Shown here one piece after another: positions 9,629-19,907 of a stretch of 64,000 nucleotides of DNA; position 1 is the first letter of the stretch; the number at the start of each line of letters is the position of its first letter. A model generated the notes under the pieces. The model was not told where the DNA came from and searched no databases. It saw nothing but the letters and a program-made list of their open reading frames with translations. The stretch spans positions 2,520,316-2,584,315 of the forward strand of contig JADJXY010000002.1 in NCBI GenBank assembly GCA_016720065.1, given 5' to 3'. The stretch comes from Betaproteobacteria bacterium. Its GTDB lineage: Bacteria > Pseudomonadota > Gammaproteobacteria > Burkholderiales > Rhodocyclaceae. A program made the position numbers and the translations under genes.

Positions 9629-10570
9629 ATGTCCACCCTCATCTGCGGCTCCCTCGCCTTCGACAACATCATGGTCTTTCCGGACCGTTTCAAGAACCAC
9701 ATCCTGCCGGAACAGATCCATATCCTGAACGTCGCCTTCCTGGTGCCCGAGATGCGCCGCGAATTCGGCGGCTGCGCGGGCAACATCGCCTACAACCTGC
9801 AACTCCTGGGGGGCGATCCGCTCATCATGGCCACGGTCGGCGACGACGCCACGCCGTACTTCAGCCGCCTGGACAGACTGGGGCTGTCCCGACGCATGAT
9901 CCGCCACGTTCCAGGCAGTTTCACGGCCCAGGCCTTCATCACCACCGACCTGGACGACAACCAGATCACCGCCTTCCACCCCGGCGCCATGAGTTTTTCG
10001 CACCTCAACAAGGTGAGCGCCGCCAGCGACGCCACCCTGGGCATCGTCGCCCCGGACGGCCGGGAGGGCATGCTGCAGCACGCCCGGGACTTCGCCGCGG
10101 CGGACATCCCCTTCATCTTCGATCCCGGCCAGGGCATGCCCATGTTCAGCGGCGACGAACTGCTCGATTTCATGCAGCTTGCCGACTACGCCTGCTTCAA
10201 CGACTACGAGGCCAAGCTGCTCTGCGACCGCACCGGGCGCAGCATCGAGCAACTGGCGGGGGAGGTGCGCGCCCTCATCGTCACCAAGGGCGGGGCCGGC
10301 TCCGAAATCCACGCCGACGGCCGGCGCCACGACATTCCCTGCGTCGAGGCCGAGGCCATCGTCGACCCCACCGGCTGCGGCGACGCCTACCGCGCCGGCC
10401 TGCTCTACGGTCTCGCCCAGGGCTACGACTGGCCCACCACCGGCCGCCTGGCCGCCGTCATGGGCGCCCTCAAGATCAGCCAGCGAGGTGGCCAGAACCA
10501 CGCGCCGGCCCGGGAGGAAATCGCCGAGCGCTACGCCCGGGCCTTCGGGTCGCGCCCCTGGCAGAACTGA
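9629..10570 (+). CDS. PfkB-family carbohydrate/nucleoside kinase (adenosine kinase-like)
   Basis: 313 aa with ribokinase-family motifs (GGCAGNIAYNL; DPTGCGDAYRAGL). Confidence 0.75.
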   Translation: MSTLICGSLAFDNIMVFPDRFKNHILPEQIHILNVAFLVPEMRREFGGCAGNIAYNLQLLGGDPLIMATVGDDATPYFSRLDRLGLSRRMIRHVPGSFTAQAFITTDLDDNQITAFHPGAMSFSHLNKVSAASDATLGIVAPDGREGMLQHARDFAAADIPFIFDPGQGMPMFSGDELLDFMQLADYACFNDYEAKLLCDRTGRSIEQLAGEVRALIVTKGGAGSEIHADGRRHDIPCVEAEAIVDPTGCGDAYRAGLLYGLAQGYDWPTTGRLAAVMGALKISQRGGQNHAPAREEIAERYARAFGSRPWQN

Positions 10571-10653
10571 CGCAACAGCCCCGTAACACTCCGTCCACGG
10601 CCATGTAACGGCGCTCTCCTACAGTCCTTCCCCAGACAACCAAGGGGAGTGAC

Positions 10654-11415
10654 ATGGAACAACTCGAGCAACACCTGCCCAGCCGGGCGCGCAGCGCCCG
10701 GCCCCGGCTTTCGGTGGGCCTGGCCCATGGCGAAAGCGAGATTCTCGACGCCCAGCGTTTGCGCTACCGCGTCTTCGCCGGGGAAATGGGAGCCCGCCTG
10801 ACGACGCGCACGCCGGGCGTCGATAGCGACCTGTACGATCCCTACTGCGCCCATCTCGTGGTGCGCGACGACGACAGCGGCGAGATCGTGGGCACCTACC
10901 GCATCCTGACACCGGAAAACGCCCGTCGCATCGGCTATTACTCGGAAAACGAGTTCGACCTCACCCGACTGCAACATCTGCGTCCCCGCCTGGTCGAAAT
11001 CGGCCGCTCCTGCGTTCATCCGGACTACCGGACCGGTGCGACCATCGCCCTGCTCTGGTCCGGACTCGCCCGCTTCATGACCGACAACGGCTACGACTAC
11101 CTGATGGGCTGCGCTTCCGTGAGCATGGCCGACGGCGGCCACGGCGCGGCCAGTCTGTATAATCGCCTGGAGAAGCACAGGGGGCCTGCGGAATACCGCG
11201 TCTTCCCGCGCTGTCCCTTGCCCCTGGCAGCCCTGAAGCAGGACGTGCCGACCGAGACGCCGCCCCTCATCAAGGGCTACCTGCGGGCCGGCGCCTGGAT
11301 CTGCGGCGAGCCGGCCTGGGACCCCGACTTCAACACCGCCGATCTGCCCATCCTCATGCCCATGGCCCGGGTGGAAGGTCGGTACGCCAAACACTTTATT
11401 GGACAGCAGGACTGA
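10654..11415 (+). CDS. olsB: GNAT-fold N-acyltransferase, ornithine lipid N-acyltransferase OlsB-like (hemolysin-like)
   Basis: 253 aa, OlsB/putative-hemolysin family features; followed immediately by an OlsA-like acyltransferase. Confidence 0.6.
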   Translation: MEQLEQHLPSRARSARPRLSVGLAHGESEILDAQRLRYRVFAGEMGARLTTRTPGVDSDLYDPYCAHLVVRDDDSGEIVGTYRILTPENARRIGYYSENEFDLTRLQHLRPRLVEIGRSCVHPDYRTGATIALLWSGLARFMTDNGYDYLMGCASVSMADGGHGAASLYNRLEKHRGPAEYRVFPRCPLPLAALKQDVPTETPPLIKGYLRAGAWICGEPAWDPDFNTADLPILMPMARVEGRYAKHFIGQQD

Positions 11416-11462
11416 ACGCCACTCCGCTCCTCCTACGCCACCTTCGGCTCCTGCACCTTGCC

Positions 11463-12263
11463 TTGCTCATGGCCCTGGGTATCGCCATGGTCGCCTGCGT
11501 CTATCCTCTCAGCGGCGACCGGCTGCGGCAGCGCTTGCGCCGCTGGTGGTCGCGCCGTGTCCTGGACGCCCTCGCCGTCGAAGTCGAAGCGGACCTGAGG
11601 CACGGGCGGCCGGGCAGCATGCTGGTGGCCAATCACATTTCCTGGCTGGACATCTTCGTCATCAACGCCAGCCTGCCGGCGGCCTTCGTGTCCAAGGAGG
11701 AAGTGCGCCACTGGCCGGTCGCCGGCTGGCTCGCGACCCGCAATGACACCATCTTCCTGAAGCGGGGCAGTCGCGGCCACGCCCGCCTCATCAACCAGGA
11801 AATCGCCGCGGTTCTTGCCCGGGACAAACTCGTGGCCGTCTTCCCCGAAGGCACGACCACCGACGGCACCCATCTGCTGCACTTCCACGCCGCCCTGATC
11901 CAGCCCGCCCTGGCCGCGGGCCGGCCGGTGGTGCCGACCGCCCTCTCCTACTGGGAGCCCGACGGTGAGCGCAGCCTGGCGCCGCGCTACAACGGGGACA
12001 TTTCCCTGGGCGAATGCCTGCAGAACATCCTCTCGCGCAAGCGCCTGGTGGCTCGTCTGGTGACGGCGCCGCCCCTGGGCCGGGACGGCGCCGACCGCCG
12101 CGTCGTCGCCGCGGCCGCGCGGGAGGCGATCAGCCGAGGGGCTGCGCTTCCCCCGCCGAGCACCCCACCTGGAAGACCTGCCGATCCTCCAGACGCAGCG
12201 CCGTCAGATGCCCCCCCCACAGGCAACCCGAGTCCAGCGCCAGAAGATTTGGCAAGAGCCTGA
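11463..12263 (+). CDS. olsA: Lysophospholipid/lyso-ornithine lipid O-acyltransferase (PlsC family, OlsA-like)
   Basis: HX4D acyltransferase motif (NHISWLD) and FPEGTTT motif; low-complexity Pro-rich C-terminal tail overlaps convergent apaH by 134 nt. Confidence 0.6.
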   Translation: MLMALGIAMVACVYPLSGDRLRQRLRRWWSRRVLDALAVEVEADLRHGRPGSMLVANHISWLDIFVINASLPAAFVSKEEVRHWPVAGWLATRNDTIFLKRGSRGHARLINQEIAAVLARDKLVAVFPEGTTTDGTHLLHFHAALIQPALAAGRPVVPTALSYWEPDGERSLAPRYNGDISLGECLQNILSRKRLVARLVTAPPLGRDGADRRVVAAAAREAISRGAALPPPSTPPGRPADPPDAAPSDAPPTGNPSPAPEDLARA

Positions 12264-12957
12264 GGCCCAGGGCCGACCAGTGCCCGGTGACCAGAACACT
12301 GGCGGCGCTCTGCCTTCCCGGCACCTCGAACCAGGGCAAATGACCGGGCGGCGCAGCAAGCGCCTCGCCCTTGGTATGGAATTCCATGACGCCCTCGGGG
12401 GTGCAGAAACGCAGGCGGGTCATCGCATTGACGATCACCCGCAGGCGCGCCCAGCCCGTCAGTTCATCGGACCAGGCGGCGGGCTCACTGCCCCAGAGGT
12501 TGAGGATGAAGTCGCGGTAGGAGGGCCCACGCAGAGCGGTCTCGACCTCCGCCGCAAGTTCCAATGCCCGCGCTGCGGTCCATTGCGGCAGCAAGCCGGC
12601 GTGGACGAGGCCATACTCCCCCGCGCAATGGAACAAGCGCTGGAAGCGAAGCCAGTGTAGAAGCTCGCCGCAGTCGGGGGCGTCGAGGATCTCCTGCAGG
12701 GTATCGTCCTTGCCGCGGAACTTGGCGCCCCCCTCAGCCACCATCAGCAGGTACAGATCGTGGTTGCCGAGCACCGTCACCGCCGCCTCGCCCAGGTCTC
12801 TGACGAAGCGCAGGGTCTCCAGGGACCGCGGCCCCCGATTGACCAGATCCCCCACCAGCCACAGGCGGTCGGAGGCGGGGTCGAAGGCACAAAGATCGAG
12901 CAGTCGTCGGAAGGAGTCGAAGCACCCCTGGATGTCACCGACGGCGTAGGTGGCCAT
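12130..12957 (-). CDS. apaH: Bis(5'-nucleosyl)-tetraphosphatase (symmetrical)
   Basis: 275 aa, metallophosphatase motifs (MATYAVGDIQGC, GDLVNRG, GNHD) matching ApaH. Confidence 0.85.
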   Translation of the reverse strand: MATYAVGDIQGCFDSFRRLLDLCAFDPASDRLWLVGDLVNRGPRSLETLRFVRDLGEAAVTVLGNHDLYLLMVAEGGAKFRGKDDTLQEILDAPDCGELLHWLRFQRLFHCAGEYGLVHAGLLPQWTAARALELAAEVETALRGPSYRDFILNLWGSEPAAWSDELTGWARLRVIVNAMTRLRFCTPEGVMEFHTKGEALAAPPGHLPWFEVPGRQSAASVLVTGHWSALGLRLLPNLLALDSGCLWGGHLTALRLEDRQVFQVGCSAGEAQPLG

Positions 12958-12959
12958 TA

Positions 12960-13260
12960 CTCGACGGTCACGCTCTTGGCCAGATTGCGCGGTTTGTAGC
13001 TCCGGCCGGCCGCTGCCGCGGCCTTAACCTGGCGTTGCCAGCTTAGCCTGCGCTGCAAAACGCGGATTCCCAGGGTGGTCACCGCCGTCACTCCACCGTA
13101 ACGCTCTTCGCAAGATTGCGCGGTTTGTAGCTCCGGCCGGCCGCTGCCGCGGCCTTAACCTGGCGTTGCCAGGTTAGCCTGCGCTGCAAAACGCGGATTC
13201 CCAGGGTGGTCACCACCGTCACTCCACCGTAACGCTCTTCGCAAGATTGCGCGGTTTGTC
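12960..13260. repeat. Tandem ~130-bp repeat (2 full + 1 partial unit), each unit re-encoding the last 13 codons + stop of glmS
   Basis: Units at 12960-13091, 13092-13221 and 13222-13259 (merging into glmS). Each contains rc-encoded [12 protein letters not shown]. The copy abutting the apaH ATG differs from the glmS-attached copy only at 5 synonymous positions. Spacer carries hairpins ccttaacctgg-cgttg-ccaggtta and ggccgc-tgcc-gcggcc. Confidence 0.8.
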
Positions 13261-15042
13261 CACATCCGTCCCCTTGACCAGGGCTGCGTGGTAGGAGAGC
13301 AGTTGCAGGGGGACGACGTGGAGGATGGGGGAGAGTTCGCCGTAGTGCTCGGGCAGGCGCAGGATGTGGACGCCTTCGGATTCGGGGATTTCCGAATCGG
13401 CATCGGCGAAAACGTAGAGTTCGCCGCCGCGGGCCTTCACTTCCTGCAGGTTGCTCTTGAGCTTTTCCAGCAGGGTGTCGTTGGGGGCAACGGAGATGAC
13501 CGGCATTTCCCGATCCACCAGGGCCAGGGGACCGTGCTTCAACTCACCGGCGGGGTAGGCCTCGGCGTGGATGTAGGAAATTTCCTTCAGTTTCAGCGCG
13601 CCTTCCAGAGCAATGGGGTAGTGACGGCCGCGACCGAGGAAGAGGGCGTGATGCTTGTTGGCGAACTTCTGCGCCCAGGCTTCGATTTCCGGCTCCAGTT
13701 CGAGCACCTTGTTCACCGCCACCGGCAGGTGGCGCAGGCGGTCGAGGTAGGAGGCTTCCGCTTCCGGGGTGAGGCGGCCGCGCACCTTGGCCAGCACCAG
13801 AGTCAGGAGAAAGAGGGCCGCGAGTTGCGTGGTGAAGGCCTTGGTCGAGGCGACGCCGATTTCCGGGCCGGCCCGGGTGATGAAGCGCAGGGCCGATTCG
13901 CGCACGATGGCCGATTCAGGCACGTTGCAGATGGCCAGGGTACGCAATTGCCCGAGGGACTTGGCGTGGCGCAGGGCGGCCAGCGTGTCGGCGGTTTCGC
14001 CGGATTGGGAAATGGCGACCACCAGCTGATCCGCGTCGGGCACCGAGTCGCGGTAGCGGTACTCGCTGGCGATTTCCACCGTGCAGGGCACGCCCGAGAT
14101 GGCTTCCAGCCAGTAGCGGGCGGTGAGTCCCGAGTGGTAGCTGGTGCCGCAAGCCAGGATCAGGATGGAGCGGGCGCCGGCCATCACGTCGGCCGCCTCG
14201 GCGCCGAAGATGCCCGGCTGGATGCTCTTGCTGCCGCCGACCATTTCCAGGGTGTTGGCCAGGGCGTCGGGCTGCTCGAAGATTTCCTTCTGCATGTAAT
14301 GGCGGAACTTGCCCAGTTCGACGGCGTCGGCCGAAAGCTGGGAAACCGTCACCGGCCGATCCACCGGCTGACCGCCGGCCTGGACGATGCGCACCGATTC
14401 CGGGGTCAGTTCGGCGATGTCGCCATTTTCCAGATAGACCATGTTGCGGGTGACCTGGAGCAGGGCCGAGGCGTCGGAAGCGGCGTAGTTGCCGCCCTCG
14501 CTGCGCCCGAGCAGCAGGGGAGAACCCTCCCGCGCGACGACCACCTTGCCCGGCTGACGGCGGTCGATGACGGCGATGGCGTAGGCCCCCACCAGACGGG
14601 ACGTGGCCTGCTGCACGGCCTTGAAGAGGTCCGGTTCGCGCTTCAGGGTTTCCTCGACCAGGTGGGCGATGCTCTCGGTGTCGGTGTCCGAGGTGAAGGC
14701 GTAGCCCTTGGCGGCCAGTTCCTCGCGCAGCGCTTCGTAATTCTCGATGATGCCGTTATGCACCACGGCGATGTGGCCCGAGACGTGGGGGTGGGCATTG
14801 CGTTCGCTGGGGGCGCCGTGGGTCGCCCAGCGGGTGTGGGCAATGCCGGTGGCCGAATGGGTGGCCGCCGACAGGGATTCGAGTTCCGCCACCCGGCCCA
14901 CGGATCGGATCCGGTCGATGCCGCTGGCGCCGATGACCGCCAGGCCGGCGGAATCGTAGCCCCGGTACTCGAGCTTCTTCAGGCCCTCGATGAGGACGGG
15001 AACGATATTGTTGCCGGCTGCTGCCGCGACGATGCCGCACAT
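13219..15042 (-). CDS. glmS: Glutamine--fructose-6-phosphate aminotransferase (isomerizing)
   Basis: 607 aa; N-terminal MCGIV Ntn-amidotransferase Cys1, two SIS domains, C-terminal ...[13 protein letters not shown]. Confidence 0.95.
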   Translation of the reverse strand: MCGIVAAAAGNNIVPVLIEGLKKLEYRGYDSAGLAVIGASGIDRIRSVGRVAELESLSAATHSATGIAHTRWATHGAPSERNAHPHVSGHIAVVHNGIIENYEALREELAAKGYAFTSDTDTESIAHLVEETLKREPDLFKAVQQATSRLVGAYAIAVIDRRQPGKVVVAREGSPLLLGRSEGGNYAASDASALLQVTRNMVYLENGDIAELTPESVRIVQAGGQPVDRPVTVSQLSADAVELGKFRHYMQKEIFEQPDALANTLEMVGGSKSIQPGIFGAEAADVMAGARSILILACGTSYHSGLTARYWLEAISGVPCTVEIASEYRYRDSVPDADQLVVAISQSGETADTLAALRHAKSLGQLRTLAICNVPESAIVRESALRFITRAGPEIGVASTKAFTTQLAALFLLTLVLAKVRGRLTPEAEASYLDRLRHLPVAVNKVLELEPEIEAWAQKFANKHHALFLGRGRHYPIALEGALKLKEISYIHAEAYPAGELKHGPLALVDREMPVISVAPNDTLLEKLKSNLQEVKARGGELYVFADADSEIPESEGVHILRLPEHYGELSPILHVVPLQLLSYHAALVKGTDVDKPRNLAKSVTVE

Positions 15043-15051
15043 AGGGGATCC

Positions 15052-16059
15052 TTATACCTTGTAGTAATCGCGATACCAGGCGATGAAGCGCCCCACCCCT
15101 TCCTTGACCGAGGTGGCCGGCGCGAAGCCGACCCATTGGTCGAGGAGTGCCGTGTCGGCGTAGGTGGCCGGCACGTCGCCGTCCTGGAGAGGGAGAAGAT
15201 TCTTTTCGGCGGTGCGTCCCAGGGCTTCTTCGATGGCGCCGATGAAGTCCATGAGGGGCACGGGATTGTGGTTGCCGATGTTGAAAACCCGATAGGGCAC
15301 GTTGCTGGTGGCCGGGTCGGCCTCGTCGGACACGTAGGCCGGGTTGGCTTCGGCGATGCGGTCGGTCACCCGGATGACCCCTTCTACGATGTCGTCCACG
15401 TAGGTGAAGTCGCGCTGCATCTTGCCGTAGTTGAAGACATCGATGGGACGCCCTTCCAGGATGGCCTTGGTGAACAGGAAAAGCGCCATGTCGGGCCGCC
15501 CCCAGGGGCCGTAGACGGTGAAGAAGCGCAGGCCGGTGGTGGGCAGTCCGTAGAGATGGCTGTAGGTATGGGCCATCAGTTCGTTGGCCTTCTTGGTGGC
15601 GGCGTAGAGGCTGACCGGATGATCGACGCTGTCGTGCTCCGAGAAGGGCATGCGGGTGTTGCCCCCATAGACGCTGGAACTGGAGGCATAGACCAGATGC
15701 TTGACCGCGTTGTGGCGGCAGCCTTCGAGGATATTCACGAAGCCCACGATATTGCTATCCACGTAGGCGTGGGGATTCTGGAGGGAGTAGCGCACCCCGG
15801 CCTGGGCGGCGAGATGGATCACCTTGTCGAACTTTTCCTCGGCGAAGAGCTTTTCCATTCCCGGCCGATCGGCGACGTCCAGTTTCACGAAGCGGAACCC
15901 GGGCTGGCCGGTCAGGCGCTTCAGGCGGTTTTCCTTGAGGCTGACCTCGTAGTAGTCGTTGAGATTGTCGAGGCCGACCACTTCGTCGCCCCGGGCCAGC
16001 AGGCGCAGGGAGGTGGTCATGCCGATAAAGCCGGCCGCGCCGGTGACGAGGATTTTCAT
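15052..16059 (-). CDS. NAD-dependent nucleotide-sugar epimerase (UDP-glucuronate 4-epimerase-like, SDR extended family)
   Basis: GAAGFIG Rossmann motif, YxxxK catalytic dyad (YAATK), 335 aa. Confidence 0.85.
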   Translation of the reverse strand: MKILVTGAAGFIGMTTSLRLLARGDEVVGLDNLNDYYEVSLKENRLKRLTGQPGFRFVKLDVADRPGMEKLFAEEKFDKVIHLAAQAGVRYSLQNPHAYVDSNIVGFVNILEGCRHNAVKHLVYASSSSVYGGNTRMPFSEHDSVDHPVSLYAATKKANELMAHTYSHLYGLPTTGLRFFTVYGPWGRPDMALFLFTKAILEGRPIDVFNYGKMQRDFTYVDDIVEGVIRVTDRIAEANPAYVSDEADPATSNVPYRVFNIGNHNPVPLMDFIGAIEEALGRTAEKNLLPLQDGDVPATYADTALLDQWVGFAPATSVKEGVGRFIAWYRDYYKV

Positions 16060-16230
16060 GAATTGAACCTATGGGAAGGGATGCTCATTTTACCGCAGCG
16101 CAGCATTGTCCCCGCGACTGCCCCCACCCGGTAGCGGGGAGCAGGAATGGTGAGCCGAAGGGTTTCGCAGGCCGGGGACATTTATAATCTGCGCTTCGCA
16201 AGATTTTCGGACCCGCCATTTTATTCGCCG

Positions 16231-17184
16231 ATGAATATCCTGTTGGTGAAAACTTCCTCACTCGGCGACGTGATCCACAACCTGCCGGTGGTCAGCGATC
16301 TCCTGCGTCGCCTGCCGGACCCGGTGATCGACTGGTGCGTCGAAGAGAGCTTCGCCGGCATCCCGCGCCTCCATCCCGGCGTGAGACGCATCATTCCCGT
16401 GGCGGTGCGGCGCTGGCGCAAGACCCCTTTCTCCCCGGCAACGTGGCGGGAAATCCGGGCCTTCCGGGAACGCCTGCGTTCCGGTGCCTACGACGTGGTC
16501 CTCGACACCCAGGGGCTCATCAAGAGCGCCCTCATCGCGCGCCAGGCCCGCGGTCCGGTGTGCGGCTATTGCGCTGAAGCGGCCCGGGAACCCCTCGCCG
16601 CGCGGTTTTACGACGAGACCTTCGCCATCCCCAAATCCGCCCATGCCGTGGATCGCAACCGCTGGCTTGCTGCGGCGGCCTTCGATTACCCCGGCGACCT
16701 GCCCCTGGATTACGGCCTCAGACCGCCCCCCTTCGCCGCCGATTGGCTGCCCCCGGGCCCCTATGCCGTGCTCCTCACCGCCACCAGCCGCGACGACAAG
16801 CTGTGGGATGAAGCCAGTTGGAAGCTCCTCGGCCACGAACTGGCTTTCCGGGGCCTGCGGGCCGTCCTGCCGGCCGGGAACACCGTCGAACGGGAACGGG
16901 CCGCGCGGCTGGCATCGGGGATCCCCGATGCCGTGGCAGCGCCTTCCCTGGGGCTCGACGCCCTGGCCGGGCTGCTTGCCGGTGCCCGGCTGTGCGTCGG
17001 CGTGGATACGGGCCTGACCCATCTGGCGGCGGCGGTGGCCGTGCCCACCGTGGCGCTGTACACGGCCACCGCGCCGGAACTGACCGGCGTGGTCGGAACT
17101 GCCTTCTTCCGCAACCTCGGCGGCCCCCGCCTCCGGCCGACGGCCCAGACGGTGATCGACACCCTGGCACCGGTGCTGGCTTGA
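16231..17184 (+). CDS. waaC: Lipopolysaccharide heptosyltransferase I (GT9 family)
   Basis: MNILLVKTSSLGDVIHNLPVVSDL N-terminus typical of WaaC/RfaC; GT9 family; adjacent to waaA. Confidence 0.8.
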   Translation: MNILLVKTSSLGDVIHNLPVVSDLLRRLPDPVIDWCVEESFAGIPRLHPGVRRIIPVAVRRWRKTPFSPATWREIRAFRERLRSGAYDVVLDTQGLIKSALIARQARGPVCGYCAEAAREPLAARFYDETFAIPKSAHAVDRNRWLAAAAFDYPGDLPLDYGLRPPPFAADWLPPGPYAVLLTATSRDDKLWDEASWKLLGHELAFRGLRAVLPAGNTVERERAARLASGIPDAVAAPSLGLDALAGLLAGARLCVGVDTGLTHLAAAVAVPTVALYTATAPELTGVVGTAFFRNLGGPRLRPTAQTVIDTLAPVLA

Positions 17185-17319
17185 CGGCCATGGGCCGACC
17201 TCCGGCAGCGGCGCCCTCGCGATGAAGCCAATAGCGTCGGCAGCCGCCGCCCTCGCCCCCAGCCCCGTTCCCGCGACAGGGTGGCGCGCAGGGGCGGACA
17301 CAGCCGTACTGCTTCCTTG

Positions 17320-18624
17320 ATGGCACGCCTCGTCTGCCTCCTGCTCTGGCTGGCTTCGCCCCTGGTCTGGCTGAGGCTGCTGTGGCGCAGCCGGCGGCAG
17401 CCCGAGTACCGGCTTGCCGTCGGCGAGCGTTGGGGCTTCTATCCCCGCCGGGGGGAACGCCCGCTTCTCTGGGTCCACGCCGTGTCGGTGGGGGAGACCC
17501 GTGCCGCCCAGCCCCTGGTGGAGGCCCTGCTGGCCGCCCATCCGGACCACGACCTCCTTCTCACCGCCATGACCCCCACCGGACGGGCGACCGGACGTGA
17601 GTTGTTCGGCGACCGGGTGCTGCAGGCCTTTCTGCCCTACGACTATCCGGGCGCCGTGCGCCGCTTCCTGAAGCACTACTCGCCCCGACTGGGCATCCTC
17701 ATGGAAACGGAAATCTGGCCCAACCTCCTGGCCGAGGCCCACAGGCAGGGCATCCCGGTCGGCCTGGTCAATGCCCGGCTCTCCGAGCGCTCGGCAGCGG
17801 GATACCGCCGCTTCGCGCCACTGTCCAGGCCAGCCCTGGCGGCGCTGGCCGGCGTGGCCGCCCAGACGCCGGCGGACGCCAGCCGGCTGGCCGCCCTGGG
17901 TGCCCCCTCGGTCACGGTATGCGGCAATTTGAAATTCGACGTCACCCCCGACCCGCAGCGCATCGAACTGGGGCGCCAGTGGCGAGCGGCCTTCGGCCAG
18001 CGTCCCGTCTGGCTCGCCGCCAGCACCCGGGAGGGCGAAGAAGCCCTGCTCCTGCCCCTGCTGGATCGCCTGCCACCGCAGGCACTGCTCATCCTGGTGC
18101 CCCGCCATCCCCAGCGTTTCGACGAAGTCTCCCGCCTGGCGCGGGAGTTGGGTGGTGGCACCGCGCCAGGCCGGCGCAGCGCCGGCCTGCCGGGGCCGGA
18201 GACCCGCATCTGGATAGGTGATTCGATGGGCGAAATGGCCGCCTACTACGCGGCGGCGGACCTGGCCTTCGTGGGGGGCAGCCTCTTGCCCCTGGGGGGC
18301 CAGAACCTGATCGAGGCTGCCGCCTGCGGATGCCCGGTCCTCATCGGCCCCCACACCTTCAATTTCGCCCAGGCGACGGAAGACGCCATCGCTGCCGGCG
18401 CTGCCCGGCGCGTCGCCGACGGGGAAGCCCTGGTTCAGGCTGTCGCCGGCCTCCTGGCCGCGAGGGAAGCGTTGGCGGCCATGCGGGAAGCCTGCGGCCG
18501 GTTCAGCGCAAGCCACCGGGGTGCGACCGAACGCACCCTGGCGCTCATCGAACGGTGGCGGGGTCGAGGAGCGCGTTGGCCTGAGCCAGATCGTCCTCGC
18601 CCAGCGCCCCCACCGCAGCCTTGA
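17320..18624 (+). CDS. waaA: 3-deoxy-D-manno-octulosonic acid (Kdo) transferase
   Basis: GT30 family: N-terminal TM, HAVSVGE motif, C-terminal glycosyltransferase domain. In-frame alternative start at 17281. C-terminal tail overlaps convergent tolC by ~80 nt. Confidence 0.8.
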   Translation: MARLVCLLLWLASPLVWLRLLWRSRRQPEYRLAVGERWGFYPRRGERPLLWVHAVSVGETRAAQPLVEALLAAHPDHDLLLTAMTPTGRATGRELFGDRVLQAFLPYDYPGAVRRFLKHYSPRLGILMETEIWPNLLAEAHRQGIPVGLVNARLSERSAAGYRRFAPLSRPALAALAGVAAQTPADASRLAALGAPSVTVCGNLKFDVTPDPQRIELGRQWRAAFGQRPVWLAASTREGEEALLLPLLDRLPPQALLILVPRHPQRFDEVSRLARELGGGTAPGRRSAGLPGPETRIWIGDSMGEMAAYYAAADLAFVGGSLLPLGGQNLIEAAACGCPVLIGPHTFNFAQATEDAIAAGAARRVADGEALVQAVAGLLAAREALAAMREACGRFSASHRGATERTLALIERWRGRGARWPEPDRPRPAPPPQP

Positions 18625-19876
18625 GCTTCAACTGGGCCATGAGGGTGTCGAGAGCCGCCCTGGCAAAGTCGCGGCGGGTCTGATAGACCTGATTTTCGGC
18701 GTTGAGGACATCGATGTTGATGCGCACGCCAACCTCGTACCCCAGTTTGTTCGACTCCAGGGCCGACTGGGAGGAGAGCTTGGCCGCCGCCAGGGCCCGC
18801 AGTTGCGCGAGGCCATTGACCACCCCGAGGTAGTACTGTCGCGCGGCCAGAATCGAGGCCCGGCGGGCGGCTTCCAGGGCGGCCTGGGCTGCGGCCCGGT
18901 TGGCCACGGCCTCGCGATCCCGGGAAAGCACCAGGCCTCCCTGGAAGATGGGGAGGGAAAGCTGCAGGCCGATATTGCGGAAATCCGTCTCCAGGGAATT
19001 GGAGGGCACGCCGGAGGTCACCGAGTTGTTGCGCCCCGCGTTGGCCACGACGTCCAGGGTCGGGTAGTGGCCGGCCCGCTGCTTATCCACTTCCAGTGAC
19101 GCGATTTCGGCATTGGCCTGCTGAATCTGGACGGTGATGCTGCCGCTCTCCGCCGCCTCGACCCACTTGGACATTTCGGCCGGAACCGGGGGCAGGAGCT
19201 TCGCCTCGGCCTTCACCTGGGCGAGCGTCCCGGGCTCGCGGCCGATAATGGCCTGCAAGGCGCGGCGACGCACTTCGAGATCGCTCTGGGCACCGATTTC
19301 CTGGGCCACGGCCAGGTCGTAGCGCGCTTGCGCTTCGTGCGTATCGGTAATGGTCGAGGTGCCGACCTCGAAATTCTTCTTGGCGGATTCGAGCTGCTGG
19401 GCGATGGCGGTCTTGTTGGCTTCCAGGGCGCGAAGATTCTCCTCGGCATAGAGGACGTCGAAGTAGGCCTGGGCCACCCGCAGGATCAAGTCCTGACGCG
19501 CCTGCTGCAACTGGGCCTCGGCCAGGGCCGCCTGATACTTGCCCTGACCGTACTGCACCCAGTTCTGCCAGCGGAAGAGCGGCTGGCTGAGGGTGGCGGT
19601 GTAACTGTTGCTGTTGTAGCGCGGCTTGACGGTATTGCTGCCCACGCTCAGTTCATTTTCGTTCCACACCGTGGTGCCGGAGAGGGTTAGGCTGGGCAGC
19701 AAACCGGCACGCCCCTGGGCAAGCTTTTCGCGCCCGGCGTCGGCGGTGGCGCGGGCGCCGGCATAGGTGGGATCGTTATCCTGGGCCTCGCGATAGACTT
19801 GCAGGAGATCCGCCGCAAAGGCCGGACCGGCTGCCAACAGGGCGACGCAGGCCATTCGGCGCAGCAGGGTCATGGG
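18545..19876 (-). CDS. tolC: TolC-family outer membrane efflux protein
   Basis: Signal peptide MTLLRRMACVALLAAGPAFA; two-repeat OEP architecture. Upstream in-frame extension rejected. Confidence 0.8.
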   Translation of the reverse strand, partial: PMTLLRRMACVALLAAGPAFAADLLQVYREAQDNDPTYAGARATADAGREKLAQGRAGLLPSLTLSGTTVWNENELSVGSNTVKPRYNSNSYTATLSQPLFRWQNWVQYGQGKYQAALAEAQLQQARQDLILRVAQAYFDVLYAEENLRALEANKTAIAQQLESAKKNFEVGTSTITDTHEAQARYDLAVAQEIGAQSDLEVRRRALQAIIGREPGTLAQVKAEAKLLPPVPAEMSKWVEAAESGSITVQIQQANAEIASLEVDKQRAGHYPTLDVVANAGRNNSVTSGVPSNSLETDFRNIGLQLSLPIFQGGLVLSRDREAVANRAAAQAALEAARRASILAARQYYLGVVNGLAQLRALAAAKLSSQSALESNKLGYEVGVRINIDVLNAENQVYQTRRDFARAALDTLMAQLKLKAAVGALGEDDLAQANALLDPATVR

Positions 19877-19907
19877 CAGGCTTGGCAACGGACCGCGCTC
19901 CGTTTCT

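Noticed and set aside
12960-13403. ORF 13155-13403(-) and other small ORFs in the glmS 3' repeat region
   Set aside because: Generated by repeat copies of the glmS terminal codons; not independent genes.
13288-16134. 948-aa + strand ORF antisense to glmS and the epimerase gene; similar very long ORFs at 16258-18516(-), 22860-24470(-), 29572-31179(+), 30902-33028(+), 34454-36874(-), 37134-39491(-), 40896-42872(-), 52032-56576(-), 56894-58363(-), 57978-60581(-)
   Set aside because: Gly/Arg/Ala/Pro-rich low-complexity translations typical of stop-codon-poor alternative frames in ~65% GC DNA. Each lies opposite or out of frame to a gene with strong homology.
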